NCBI RefSeq assembly: GCF_006345805.1
Contig: NC_042998.1
Span: forward strand, 119,784,001-119,848,000
From: Octopus sinensis
Taxonomy: Eukaryota
DNA: 64,000 bases
Direction: 5' to 3'
A program made the translations under genes and the position numbers. The notes under the pieces were generated by a model that had not been told where the DNA came from, searched no databases, and saw only the letters and a list, made by a program, of their open reading frames with translations. Position 1 is the stretch's first letter. Every line of letters begins with the position of its first letter. This document shows, one piece after another, positions 25,355 through 38,920 of this stretch.

Positions 25355-25859
25355 CTGTAGATGGACCGAAAAGATAAAGAAAATAGAAACAATTCAATTA
25401 ACAAAAAGTTGCTGCAACAATAAGTCATAAGCGAAAGATCAGAGATCACAATTTATAATTTATGTCATAAGAATTTAGGTAAAATAATTTGTTTTTAACT
25501 GAAGAACTCAAAAGAGAAAGTTATAAATAATAGCATGTAAACATTGGCTTGAAAACTCTTTTGGGTAGAAAAAAATCAGTCTCATAAGCAACCTTTGACT
25601 TTTGTTATTATTTATAGCTTTATCTACTTTGAGTTTTACAGTTGAAAACTGTAATAATATATAATATCTAACTGAATTAAATAAGAAAATCTAGATCCTA
25701 ATTTTAAAAAAATAAATCATAGTGTTTCTTTTCCTGTTTGAAATTTCAAGCTAAAATATTTTCACAAATAGAAATCACGAGAAAACAGATAAAAGTTTTC
25801 AAAAAATAGAGAGTGATGTTTTAAAAAAAGCAAGCTGTGGTGTGTGACATATGAGATGA

Positions 25860-26220
25860 ATTGAGATGTTCTATGTAGAGAATTGCAGAGAAACATTATT
25901 TCCATGTAAAGAGATATAGTCCAGTGTAGATATAGACTTGGCATAGAGAATTCTAGAAGGGTATAAATAAATCCAGTGTTAATCTGAGTTAGTGTTATAG
26001 AAAACTACAATCCCAAATAAAGGGTTGTAGACAAACAGTCCTATGTAGAACTGTAGAGAGGCATAGTCATGGGTAGAGAGAGACCTTGTGCTGCATAGAT
26101 ATATACTCCTCTGTAAAAAATTGTAGAAAGACACGAACCTGTTGAGAGAATTGTAGAGAGACTTTGTTCTGTGTAAAGAAGCACAGTCCTGTATAGAGTG
26201 TTGTACTGAAATATAGTCCT
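25860..26220. repeat. Degenerate minisatellite (gtcctatgtagagaattgtagagag-like units)
   Basis: Recurring imperfect units of roughly 20-30 nt. Confidence 0.55.
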
Positions 26221-26513
26221 TGAATAAAACCCTGAAATGTAAGGCTTTAATGAGATGTGGTCATGTGGAGAGAGGCTTAAAAAAGGGAATGAGAAGTAGG
26301 AGCTAAAAAGAGTGAAAAAGGAAGGAACAGTGAATGTGTCAAGAGCGGTTATAGGAATAAGGTTTAGAGATAAGCATAGGGTGAAAAAGAACTAGTCTAG
26401 AAACTGAGAAATGAAAATGCAAGTGTGCTTAATACATATAATGTTGATGATGATGACAAGAAGAGGAGGAGAAGGGCTGACATGATTTTGTCTTATTTTT
26501 TAAAAGTCTAACA

Positions 26514-26645
26514 TCATCATCATCGTTTAACGTCCCTTCTCCATGCTAGCATGAGTTGGACGGTTCAACCAGGAATTTGGGAAGCCAGAAGGCTGCACCA
26601 GGCTCCAGTCTGATCTGGCAGTGTTTCTACAGCTGGATGCCCTTA
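26514..26645 (-). mobile_element. RTE-family 3'-end copy
   Basis: catcatcatcgtttaacgtcc...ccatgctagcatga...ctggatgccctt. Confidence 0.85.
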
Positions 26646-27239
26646 TTGTTATTTTTTAAAGGTTAAGATTGCAAAGTCTAATCAAACAGACATATTTCAT
26701 TTGTCACCATATTTATATATCAGATACTATATTTTCCAATGTGTCCTTTATTCTATGGTTGAGTGTAATTTAAGATATATTTGGTTACTATTTCTAGTAG
26801 GTCAAATGATTACATAAAGGCTCCTCATATCAGCTCGGCTGAAGATTAAGGAATATTTGTGTAAATGCACTCCCTAGTTACACTTCCACCATTTAATTTG
26901 ACACAAGGCATTCAGCCTCAGCTTTACCTTTCTTTCTGGGCCTCACCTTTCATATTGTATAACCAACAGACATGCAACTATATTCTTAACTAACATCAAT
27001 CTGTCACTTTTCCCAATTCTTCCAAAATCAAGTTGCTAGAAATAGCTGCTTAATCTTTCTCAAATAACATTTTACCATCTTATATAATGTGGTCTTTATA
27101 CACTATTTCTGAAAAAAAAAAAAAAATGTTTGCCAGGGCAGAAATACATTTGATCATTGACCAGCTTGATCAAAGATGACCTGAGTCTAAATAATAATAA
27201 GCCACTAAAGGAGCCTCTATTTATTATATGCACACTGAG

Positions 27240-27760
27240 GAGGCTTCCACCTTCACATCATTATCACAGCAAGGGAGCTCTTACCATATCGCAATGGTAC
27301 CAATCATTACTACAGTGTTAGAGTTTCTACTTACAGTACAGAAGACTATCATTGCCACTGTGAGAAAATTTTTACCCACAATTATCATGGGACAGGAGTC
27401 TCTATGTAACACTACTACAGTGGGGAACTTTCTAACCACCATTATCATAGTGGGGACATCTCTGCCTCACTATTACTACAGTGGAAGAGTCTCTATTCAC
27501 CTTAAGCAGCATTATCACAAAAAAAGGGGAGCCTTTATCCATCACTACCACCATAAAGAAGTTCTACTCAGCATTACCACAGCAATAGAGACTCTACCAT
27601 CTATTATACCATTACCACAATAGAAGAGCTTCTACCTATCATTACCATTGTAAGGGAGTCTTTACTCACCATTACCACAATAAGATGCTTCTACCCATCA
27701 TTGCAACAGTAAGGGAGATTCTACCTTTCACCACTGTAAGAATGCTTATATCTGTCTTTA
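27240..27760. repeat. Degenerate 30-bp minisatellite
   Basis: Units such as CCATTACCACAATAGAAGAGCTTCTACCTA recur with a period of about 30. Confidence 0.75.
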
Positions 27761-28720
27761 TGATAAGACAATGGAGGAAACTTTAGTTGCTCAACCTGAT
27801 AAAAAAAGCAACTGAATCAAGAGTCAATGCTTCAAAAATCATATCTAATTTTTAAAATTGGATAATGACAACCTAAATACCCTGTGTGTGAGTAGAAGAC
27901 AGGATAGTTAAAACTGGAACCACTTTAATCAGAAGTCTGATAGAATTAAGCCTGATCTGAAACAAAACAATAACAATGGCAACAACTACTATCACCAAAT
28001 CTTCTGTTCCTTCTTATTTACCACAGAGATATTAACAAATTCAACTGAAGGCCTGTTGCTAACAACCCACTACTAGGTCTAATAAATATCTGTAAAGTTA
28101 TTTACAATGATGTAACCACCTACAATGATTCCTTAAACACTACAATGAAATTTCAAGTAATAGTGTACATAAATGCAATTATATATAGAATACTATAAAC
28201 ATAAAAATAATAAAAATAACAACAATAATTATTGTTGTTATAATTCTGTCTGATACAAGATTACAATGGGGTATTATAATTGCCCCAGTTGTATTATTAA
28301 TTAAAACAAAATCACTAACATTCAGTGCAGTTTTTTGATTTAGTCTTGTAATTACTTTGTTTATGTATGGGAACCTTTCCAACCCAAAGAGAAAAGTTTA
28401 GTTTTTAGCCATTAAAAATAAAAAAGATAAAAAGAAAATAAACTAGGGTCATATTACTTGTCACAAACAATATTATTTCCAAGGAAATATAAATTTAGAT
28501 TACTTTTTTTATATTTCTCAATGTAATTTTTGGTTTTGAATCTTATCCGAAATCATTTCAATGCTTGAGTCATAACCAGTAACTAATATTTTTTTACAGA
28601 CAATTTTGTGTGGTACATTGATTTCATTAAATTCATTTATAAAAAGATTTCTTCACAGAAACAGGTTTATCTGAAAATCAATTTTTTTATGCTTTTATAA
28701 TTATTCAGAATAAAAAAAAT

Positions 28721-29097
28721 TAATAATAATAATGAAATTATCGTATACAGTGCTCAGGTGTACCACAACTTGTCAAAAGTGCATATAAAGCATATGCAGT
28801 AATGTACAAATGTCTGAGAAGTGAACAGTTTATGAGTCAGATACATACTTGTGTGTGTATGGAGGGGAGAAAATCAGGTGTAGTGTTGGCAAATCTCAGG
28901 AAGCATGGAAGTTTTGAAGGATGCAGTGCTCCGACAACTAACAACTGATGCCGGCAGTTTGTTCCATGCTTCAGCAACTCTTAGCACGAAAAAGTGTTTC
29001 CGAAAGTCATGGGAGCTGTGCTGTTTTCTGACTTTGTAAACATGTCCACGGGTGTTAGACAGGTGAAGTTTGAAAAGGTGCTCAGAGTTATTGTTAG
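28721..29097 (-). mobile_element. CR1-clade LINE 3' fragment
   Basis: Reverse complement of about 23685-24057. Confidence 0.88.
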
Positions 29098-29299
29098 TAA
29101 CTGAATTCCAAACTCTGGAATCGTTATGATTTTCTGCAAGTTTGTTCTTCTAACAGTAGATTTCTTTGAGCTAAATTTATATATTTAAAAAATTTTGATG
29201 CTCACAATTCCTTATCAGATACACCTACTATTTTGATCTCAAAATCAGACTGACTAATCTTTTAAAATACTGATAGATTTATTTATGATATTTCTGCGT

Positions 29300-30750
29300 C
29301 AATGGGTGCTAGAAGGATCACTACCACTGCTTTTTTTCTTTTGGAAAAGCTGTAAACCTTTTACCAAATTTATTTTTTATGTTTTTGATGGTTAGTTACA
29401 AATAACTTGCACTGATGTTATTTTTCCTTCCACTGAAATTTATAAGTGAGGTAAAAATCAGCTAGTTTATATTATTTTGAAGGACTTTCACAAGCTCTAT
29501 AAATTTGTGCTTAAATGTTACAAACTTCTTCTCATTACTGAAGAGATGTGTTTGTTTTTCCTTGAAAATGTTTGCTAAGCAAATCCACCATGAAATGTAA
29601 CTTTACTAGCCAATCAGGATCTTCCAATTCAGGATAGCTACTAGCATTACCACAAAATGTTTGGAAGAATTACCAAAGGTACTCTATGTAAGCTGCAAAT
29701 CTTTTCAGAACATCACCTTTAGAAAATTCTTAGATGTTATTATGCAGCAATAAATTTGAATAAATACAGTTAATCTCTTTTAGTAATACATAGTAATTTA
29801 GACCTCTTTGCTATTATTTCATTTACAACTTTGATTTAAGATTCATAACTTTCTTACGCTTGGGAAGTAAAGTTTGAGTGCAGAGTGCTGTTTTGGTGAA
29901 TGACACACTGAAAAGAAAGCAATTATTGATTAAGTCATCAGGAGAATCACAAATCCCTTCTTTATCCTTTTCATGCTTGGTAACCCATCTATTGCTACTG
30001 AAACTAAATTTTTAGCGCTTATTTTCTTCTCTTTCAAACAATTGAAATCAGTCTAACAAATATATTTGCCACTTGCTTGTCTCTCATTTTTTTGTTAATT
30101 CAATCAGTTCTTCCTGAGAACCTTTACAATAAATAAATCTACATAAATGCAATCTGTCCAACATTATTTACATCACATGACTCATCACAAGCAACTGAAT
30201 ATCCTGGAGGAGAATTAATGTCTTTGATATGGTATTCAGTAATATTTGATGCCATATCAATAGCTCTTTGGTTATTTTTGGTGGGGGAGAATTTTTTTAT
30301 TATATTAATTATATCATTTTTGTTGTTGAAATCAGAAATTAAATGCCTAACAATATTCTCCATTGGTAAAGGTTTTTCCTCCTTTTGAAATAATTTCCTA
30401 AAATTATCTCAACTTTTTCTATTTTCTTTTCCAGTTTAGAACCATGCATTTTTGTTATTCCCTAGCTGGATACTTTGCAAATGTCTTTCTAAGTCACTCT
30501 TACTGTTCACAAATTTCTCAAAACATCATAATTGTAAGCCAATTGAGTCTTCAATGTAAGTATACATCTCCAACCAAAGAGCTTTGTAGAAGATCCTACT
30601 CTTCTCATCACCAAATTTTTTTCAGATCCAACATAATTGTTCTATCATATGATAAGCTCAATGCTACAAACATTTTACCAATTCCACCAATATTTTACAA
30701 CATAACAGTGACAGACAGGGCAAAAAGTAAAAAACACAATTGAAGCCAAG
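29300..30750 (-). pseudogene. hAT (SPIN/GTF2IRD2-like) transposase remnant
   Basis: Peptides KGGKTFTNGEY, YSVACDESCDV..GQ, LVSVAIDG.PSM, LLLHNNI...G.VLKRF and YPELEDPDWLVKLHFMVD in order, with stops and frameshifts. Confidence 0.82.
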
Positions 30751-31312
30751 CATGAGTCCTGGACCAATCGTATCTGACCCATGAAAGAGAGAGAAAGAGA
30801 GAGGGAGAGAGAGAGCTCTTAGACATCAGATTCAAGCTCAAAGCTCACCAGATATAAATTCCTGATCATGTGCTTTAAATTTTTTTTAAAATTCAATTTG
30901 AGCATGTTGTGCCTGTCTGACATATAAGCTAATACAAGATAATAATCATAAATTGACTTATTGTAGCTCACTGGCATATATGGCATTGATACATGAATAA
31001 CTGGCATATGGGATACTGACACACAGGTGTTGAGAAGAATAGTAAATAGATTAACATAGAAAGCATTCATTTAAATATTTATTTGTGTTTTTTAATTTAA
31101 CAAAAGGATTGCTAGAATACTCATTAATCCACCATTTTGCTTCCAGGATATTTACAAAGCAAACTTTTCGTATTTAATAATAAAGCAAGTGCAATCATAT
31201 TTGATGTAGTCAGCCATTTGACATAAATTTATGTAGATATGTAACAAAGACCAAACAAATGTATCTATGATATTCAATGTTTGCTGACTATTTTTGTAAA
31301 TCTTAGATTATA

Positions 31313-31705
31313 CTAGCAGTATCGCCCGGCGTTGCTCGGGTTGTAAGGGAAATAACTATATAAGCATTTTTAGAGAGTTATAGCCAAAAAATAGCAAAAA
31401 AATGCATTAAAAATTGAAAAAAAATTAAGGTAAATTTTTTTTAAATCGTTGACACATCGTAGATATTTTTAGAGAGTTACTTCCCTTATATAAAAGCGAA
31501 AAAATGCATTAAAATGGAAAAATATGATGGTAAATTTTTTTAGAATCGTAGACTCATCGTAGACGCGCGCTAATACCCAGAAGGGCTCGATATGAATCAC
31601 GACTATAGGATACCCGCTTTTGGTTAAACTGCACCGCAAAATGTGGGAGTAATTACGAATGTAAATCGAAGGGGACAGACACACAACTTCACTCTTATAT
31701 AAAGA
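31313..31705 (-). mobile_element. Complete non-autonomous Helitron (393 bp)
   Basis: 5' A|TCTTTATATAAG, 3' hairpin CCCGAGCAACGCCGGG then CGATACTG-CTAG|T; inserted between A and T with no TSD. Confidence 0.9.
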
Positions 31706-32479
31706 TGCTTTTTTTTTCAGTCATAGAGTTAGATTTATGAAGGTCTTCAGTAGAAAATCCTTCGAATTCTGACTCGCTGCTTGATATAATGAAATTCGTA
31801 TCCATTTTTTGTCAGAATTACAAATTTTGAAAACACAATAGGAACAAATTTCGGAAAAAAATCTCCCATAATTCACGGAATTAAAATTACACTTCGATTT
31901 TTGTACAAAACTGTATTTGAAGTGTTTACGAAGTATAATACGTGTTTTCACGAATGTACTAAAGAGATTTACTCTGATATTCTCATTTAAATATGAATAG
32001 GTAAATTCGGGCGGTTTGGTAACGAAAAGGTTTATATAAGTGTCGTCTGTTTATACATAAACACTGTTTCATACTTTCAGTTTAGTCTTCCTCAAATCAC
32101 TCTGTCGCTAATTTACTCTCTTCCAAGAACATTTTCACTCACTCTTATCTGTTAGCTTCCCATACATTTTACTCATGTATCTATCAGCGTGATAGACAGA
32201 AACAAATATTACATCTAGTTTCACTTTATTCGTTGCACACTGTGTGTTTGCGTGTGCTGTAAACCAGACTAAGAAAAGCATTTGACATACACACCAGAAT
32301 GTGAGTTTTCTGTAAATTTTGCTTAATTGGAGTTTAAATTTTAAAAACTGGACCTGGCATGACGCGATGCATTGTACTCTTAAAACTGCTAGGTAAATTG
32401 TAATTGAAGAAATCCTATATTGTAGATTTGTATAACTCCCAAAGGGAGGCAGATAAAATCTGCCTTTTATAATAAGAGA
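31706..32479 (-). mobile_element. Second Helitron-type 5' end and adjoining sequence
   Basis: A|TCTCTTATTATAAAAGG at 32479, with no hairpin-CTAG end of its own found. Confidence 0.5.
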
Positions 32480-33292
32480 TTTGTGATATTTTGCAAACAT
32501 TTATACCATATATGGTGGTGAACTGATAGAATTACAAGAGCATATTTGTTTCTGCTCTGCATTCTAGGCTCAAATTTCACTGAGGTACATTCTGCTTTTC
32601 ATTCTTTAAGGGGGTCAATAAATAAAGTAGCAGTTCAGGAGAATGGTTCATTGAAATTTTAGAGTGTTGGCTGAGATGCCTTGTAGTAACTGTTCCAACT
32701 CTGAGTTCAAATTCCACCTACAGATGGTCATGCCATATACAGAGAAGGTTTCAAAGTGGAACATGACAGACTATGGCACTGGAATCTATCTGCAGACAGA
32801 CAGACCTTGCCCACTATCATTTAAAAACAGTTGTGCCAAAGATTCTGGGACTTTGAAAATCAAACACTGTGGGGACTAAACTCACAATTCTTTCTCCAAA
32901 CTAGTCAAACTCTCAAGCAAATGGCTCCTAGATTTTAGAAAACTTGGAAACACCCTTAACAAAGAAATGCTGATGATATCAAACTACTAACTAACAAGCT
33001 GCTAAACATGTTTCAGATTATGGAATCAAACAAGTAGAATCTAAGGGAATGTTCGTGCCATTATATAGTCTATTTGATTCTGCAGCATTTCTGTCAGTGA
33101 GGCACCTGAATTTCTCAACCAATCTTTTCTGCCCTTTTCAGTCTTGGACTTTCAACCAATCTGACATAGAATTAAATATTGGTATAACTTTCACTCAAGT
33201 GCTTAATTGGGTTTGATAATTCTGGTAGTGCCTACCTCTTCTCCAGGATATGGTTGGTATTGGTATTCAAGGAGTTTATCTTCCTTTGAATT

Positions 33293-34750
33293 CATCATCA
33301 TCATCATCATTGTTTAACGTTCACTTTCCATGCTGGCATGGGTTGGACAGTTTGACTGAGGAATGGCGAGCCAGAAGGCTGCACTAGGCTCCAATCTAAT
33401 CCGGCAAAGTTTCTACAGCCAGATGCCCTTCCCAATGTCAACCACTCTGAGAGTGTAGTGGGTGCTTTTACGTACCACCGGCACAAGGAGCAGTCAGGCT
33501 GTTCTGGCAACGACCATGCTCAAAAGGTGTTTTTTACGTGTTATCTGTACGGGATCCAGTCCGGCGGAACTGGCAACGACCACACTCGAATGTTGTCTTT
33601 TCATGTGCCACACTTGCAACAATCACGCTCAGATGGTGCTTTTAACGTTCCACTGGCACAAGTGCCAATCAGGCGGTACTGTCATTGGCCGCATCAGCAA
33701 TTTTGATATTGATTTCACTTGCCTCAACAGGTCTTCGCAAGCAAAGTTTATTGTCCAATGAATGAGGGGCACTTTTAAGTGGGCTGGTTATACCCACTGG
33801 CATAGGCCATGGGTTATGGTCTCAGTTGGCTTGCTAGGTCTTCTCAAGCACAGCACATCTCCAAAGGTCTCAGTCACTAGTCATTGCCTCAGTAAGGCCC
33901 AATGTTTGAAGGTCATGCTTCACCACCTCATCCCAGGTCTTCCTGGGTGTACCTCTTCCACAGGTTCCCTCAACTGCTAGGGTGTGACACTTTTTCACAC
34001 AGTTGTCCTCATTCATTCACAACACATGACCATACCAACACAGTCGTCTCTCTTGCACATCACGTCTGATGCTTCTTAAATCCAACTTTTCTTGCAGGGT
34101 GCTTACACTCTGTCGTGTATGCACACTGACTTTACACATCCAGTGGAGCATACTGGCTTCATCCCTTGCAAGCTTACGCATGTCCTCAGCAGTCATGGCC
34201 CATGTTTCAATGCCATGTAGTATGGCTGTTCATATACATGCGTCATACAGTCTACCTTTTACTCTGAGCGAGAGGACCTGTGTCATCAGCAGAGGTAGGA
34301 ACTCTCTGAACTTTGCCCAGGCTATTCTTATTCTAGCAGCTACACTTTCAGAGCATCCAACCCCGCAACTGACTTGGTTCCCTAGGTAACTGAAACTATC
34401 AACTACTTATAGTTTTTCTCCCTGGAATGTGACAGAAGCTGTTCTCTGCACATTTCCAGTGTTTATTGCTCCTGAGCATCTGCCACATACCAAAACTATC
34501 TTCCCAGTTAGCCTTCCTTTGATATTGTTGCACCTCTTATGTGTCCATCTTATGGAGTTTCTACCTATGCCTTTTTTACAGATCAAGCAGGGCCATCTAC
34601 CTGAAGGGATTTGTGGTTTGTCTGCCTTCCTACTTATTAAGACTTTGGTTTTAGCTAGGTTGACTCTAAGGCCCTTCGATTCTAATCCGTGCTTCCACAC
34701 CAGAAACTTTTCCTCTAGGTATGATAGTGACTCGGCAATTAGAGCAATCC
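33293..34750 (-). mobile_element. RTE LINE, 5'-truncated and degenerate (same family as 1-2293)
   Basis: IALIAESL..LEEKF..WK.GLESKGLRVNLAKTKVL, GRWPCLICKKGIGRNSIR and the same 3' UTR and tail. Confidence 0.92.
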
Positions 34751-36099
34751 TGCTCAACACCCACACAACCTCTCCACTGGACCAACTGAGTAAGGGACCA
34801 GTTTAATGACCAATCACTCAACCATGAGCAGGTATCACTATATCACATGGTATCTCTGGCAGGTTTCCATCAGCTTGTGACGGGACTGGTTTTAACTTGA
34901 TATAGCTTTATAGTAAGTATAAAAAGTTAACCAAGTCAGATTTGTTTGTTGTGAAGAATGGAATAAGATAGACATTTCAGATGGAATCCATTAAATAAAT
35001 GAAGGACCCTGTCTGAAACATTAAATTTTACTCAGCTCCTCATGGACACTAACTTATTCAACTTTGTGGACTTTTTGTTCAGCTTATCAACAAATTTGTA
35101 TCTAAATGAAAGTTGTAAACTTCATGACTTCAGCAGTTGAATTGGGAATACAAGTAGGATATTCATTTCATTGGCTCATCATACATTGACCATAACATTT
35201 CATTTGATATATGCTAACACAGTAACAGATGTCAGATAAAATATAATTATACAACACATTATAATCACATAGCATAAGACTAAACCAATTATTGAAACAG
35301 TTGATAACACAACCACCGGATATAGAATTTTTCACGCATACAAAAAATAAATACTAATAATAAATACACAAAAAATAGAAGCTTAATCATAAAAGCAATA
35401 GTAATTGTACAAAACAAAGCAAAATTGAACAGTATGATAACACATCCTTCTAACTAACTGAGATTTGTCCATGGCTAGTGAAAGAAAGCTTTAGTCAAAA
35501 GTCAAAAGTTCAAACCCATTGATAATGACACTATCAGATACACCATCCAGACAAGCCAGCATTGGAGCTTTTGCATGTTCACTTGAACTGGTAGAAATAG
35601 CAGCCAAATCTCTTTAAAACTACCACCTACTATCTTAAAAGAAGGATTCACTAGCTAGTGTAGTCCTAGCTGTCTAAAAAGATGAAACAGTCACAGCTTG
35701 ATGCCATAGGTCTGCTTGATCAACAATGACTTCATCCAAATTAGTCAATGTGGTTACTCAATTGGTTAGAAATAGTTGCCACTCAGTCTCAAATTTCATC
35801 CTACATCTTTTTTTAAAAAAAGGACAAATTGGGTAGCAATGTCCAAGGTACTCTGAGAAAAGACATGATGGTCACAGCTAGACAATCTTTGGTCATTAGT
35901 CTGCTTAATTAGAGCTGACTCAGGTTTAAACACCAACGTCATGCAGAAGATAAGATTGTAAGGATCTAAAAATGTTAATGGACTCAGGAACATTAATTTA
36001 TTTATTTGTGGGTTATCATTAAAGAATTTAAAGGTAAATAAGACCTGTCTTCCACAGCAGAAATGTTAATGCCACTTCTCCTGATGAAGAGGATTGACC

Positions 36100-36350
36100 T
36101 GCAAGAGCCCTTTGCCAATGTCACGTAAAAAGTGCCCATGGGGGCATCACGTAAAAATTGCTCATGCCAGTACCATGTTAAAAGCACCCAGTACGCACTG
36201 TAAAGTAGTTGGTGTCAGGAAGGGCATCCAGCTGTAGAAACAAAGCCAAATCAGACTGGAACCTGATGCAGCTCTCCTGCTTGCTAGCTCTGGTCAAACT
36301 GTCCAGCTCATGCCAGCATGGAAAATGGATGTTAAAGGATGATGATGATG
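36100..36350 (+). mobile_element. RTE-family 3'-end copy
   Basis: ggaagggcatccagctgtagaaa...catgccagcatggaaa...gatgatgatg. Confidence 0.8.
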
Positions 36351-36719
36351 TTATACAAAGTACATTTTATTAATCCCCTAACAATTTTTTTTTATCACAG
36401 CAAAGGATATGATCATTAATTAAATATTTGGCACAAATTTTGTGTGATAATCATTATGTGGAGTAAATATCCAGATAGACCACTTTCTATCGTAAAAATG
36501 TCCCTTAGGCATGATGTGATACAACACACTGTGGTACCACTTAAAGAACTATATTGTAATATATCCATTATAGCTACTATGTTTTTTGTAACATCAGAAT
36601 TAATCTTTTCTACTGAATATTCAGTTTAGCAGGGTTCAAAGTTATTTCAAGCATTGAATATTAAATTTTTGTCACTCTTCTTCACTGATCCTATTTTTGT
36701 GTGTTTTCATTTGTAGATA

Positions 36720-37981
36720 CAGCGGTTGGACAAAATAATGGAAACATCTAGCATCATAATTTTGAAATATTTATAAAACTGTCAAAAGCTTGTTTATTTC
36801 TATGTTTTTTTAAATTTATTATTGGTGTTGCTAAATATATTTTGCTTAAATTGCTGTTTCTTTTCAGATATCATTAGAAAAAGGTAATTAAAATTCATTA
36901 AAATGACAGATCTATCGGATTTTCAAAGAGGTCAAATTGTTGGTGCTCATATGGCAGGTGCTAGCATAACAAAAACAGCCAAAATGTTTGGTGTATCAAG
37001 AAGTACTGTCTCAAAAGTAATGACAGCCTTTGAGAAAGAGAGTGAAACCTCCTCGTTGAAACAAAACTCCGGAAGAAAACCAAAACTTTCAGATAGGGAC
37101 CATTGGACTCTTATGTGAATTGTTAGAAAGGATCACAGAAGTACAGCTCCCAAAATTACTGCAGAGCATAATGACCACCTTGAGAACCCAGTTTCAACAA
37201 AAACTGTTCACTGGGAGCTGCACAAAGCTGGATTTCACAGGAGGGCTGCAATCAGAAAACCACTAATTTCAAAAACAAACATTGCAAAGCATTTAGAGTG
37301 AAGTAAAAACCTACAGAATTGGTTCCTAGAGCAGTGGAAGAATGTTATTTTCTTGGACGAATCATCCTTTACCCTATTTCCAACTACCGGCCAAGTATAC
37401 ATGTGGAGACAGCCAAAAGAAGCATTCGACCCAGACTGCTTTCTGCCAACTGTTAAACATGGAAGAGGATCTGTGATGATCTGAGGGGGGGGGGCGCTAT
37501 ATCTCGGAAATCCGCCAGCCCAATGGTTTCCCTTCATGGCAGAATTAATAGTCAAGACTATTTAAGCATTTTATCTGGTCAAATTCATCCTATGGTTGCA
37601 GAACTGTTTCCGGAGGGAAATGCAACCTTTCAAGATGATAATGCACCAATTCACACAGCTAAAGTTGTTACTGAATGGCACGAGGAACATTCTAGTGAAG
37701 TTGGCCACCACAGTCCCCAGATCTCAATATTATGGAATATTTATGGTGCATTTTAGAAAACCAAGTAAGGAGTTGATATCCTCTACCATCATCACTACAA
37801 GAACTGGAAACTGTTTTAGCTGAAGAATGGACAAAAATTCTTTTGGAAACAATTCAAACTTTGTACGAATCCATACTTCATAGAATTCAAGCTGTAATTA
37901 CTGCCAAAGGCGGTCCTGCCTCATATTAAAATTAATTTATTTGAAATTTTAAGGCGTTTCCATTATTTTGTCCAACCCTTG
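36720..37981 (+). mobile_element. Tc1-family DNA transposon, full length (1262 bp)
   Basis: TIRs of about 27 bp (CAGCGGTTGGACAAAATAATGGAAAC / GTTTCCATTATTTTGTCCAACCCTTG) with TA TSD at 36718-36719 and 37982-37983. Confidence 0.95.
36903..37929 (+). pseudogene. Tc1 transposase (DD34E), several stops and frameshifts
   Basis: MTDLSDFQRGQIVG, SGRKPKL, FLDESSF, TVKHG.GSVM, FQDDNAPIH, SPDLNIME and AVITAKGG. Confidence 0.92.
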
Positions 37982-38523
37982 TATATGTGTAAACAAACAC
38001 GTACACACTCTCCCTCTCTCCTCATCTATCTATCAACCTATCAATTGGTTAGCTGTCATTTTTATATTGCATGCATATTAGACAACCACTATCATATGTA
38101 TACTTATCAATATTATATTAATTTTACTATATTACATTCTTTTATTTCAAATACAGATTCCTTTTTTGGTGATTTAACATGAAACCATATTTTGGTGAAA
38201 GTTTTATTTTCATTCATAAGACTTATGAAGGTCTAAGAATGTCAATAGATTTAGGAATTTTAATGTTTCAAACAAAATGTAAAAGACTAATAAAAATATG
38301 AAAATCCTTAATAAAAATCATTAACCCATTACCATTTAAACTGGTCAAATCCAGCCCCAAATTTTCTACCTGTTTTATGTTCAAACTGGCCAGATTTGGT
38401 CTCTCAAACCTACTTAAAAACATCATTGAAAAATCAGCAATCACACCGGTTTCTGCCTGGCCAACTCCTGACAAACCCACCCACCCATGCCAGCATGAAA
38501 GGCAGATGTTAAATGATGATAAT

Positions 38524-38920
38524 GATGTATCATCATCATCATCGTTTAGCATCCGTTTTCCGCGCTAGCACGGGTTGGACGGTTCGACCGGGGTCTGGGA
38601 AGCCAGGAGGCTGCACCAGGCTCCAGTCTGATCTGGCAGTGTTTCTACAGCTGGATGCCCTTCCTAACACCAACCACTTTGAGAGTGTAGTGGGTGCTTT
38701 TTACGTGCCAGGGGAGTCTGGCAGTGGCCACGATTGGTTGGTGCTTTTAATATGCCACCGGCACGGAAGCCAGTCAAGGTGGCGCTGGCATCGGCCACGT
38801 TCGGATGGTGCTTTTTATGTGCCACTGGCACAGAATCCAGTCGAGGCGGTGCTGGCATCGGCCATGTCCGGATGGTGCTTTTTATGTGCCACTGGCACAG
38901 GTATCACAACTACTATTTCC
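38524..38920 (-). mobile_element. RTE-family 3'-end copy with internal repeats
   Basis: Collinear with 1900-2293. Confidence 0.88.

Noticed and set aside
32740-33000. Possible further R4-like LINE fragment (HDR.WHW.L, LWG)
   Set aside because: Too short and decayed to call
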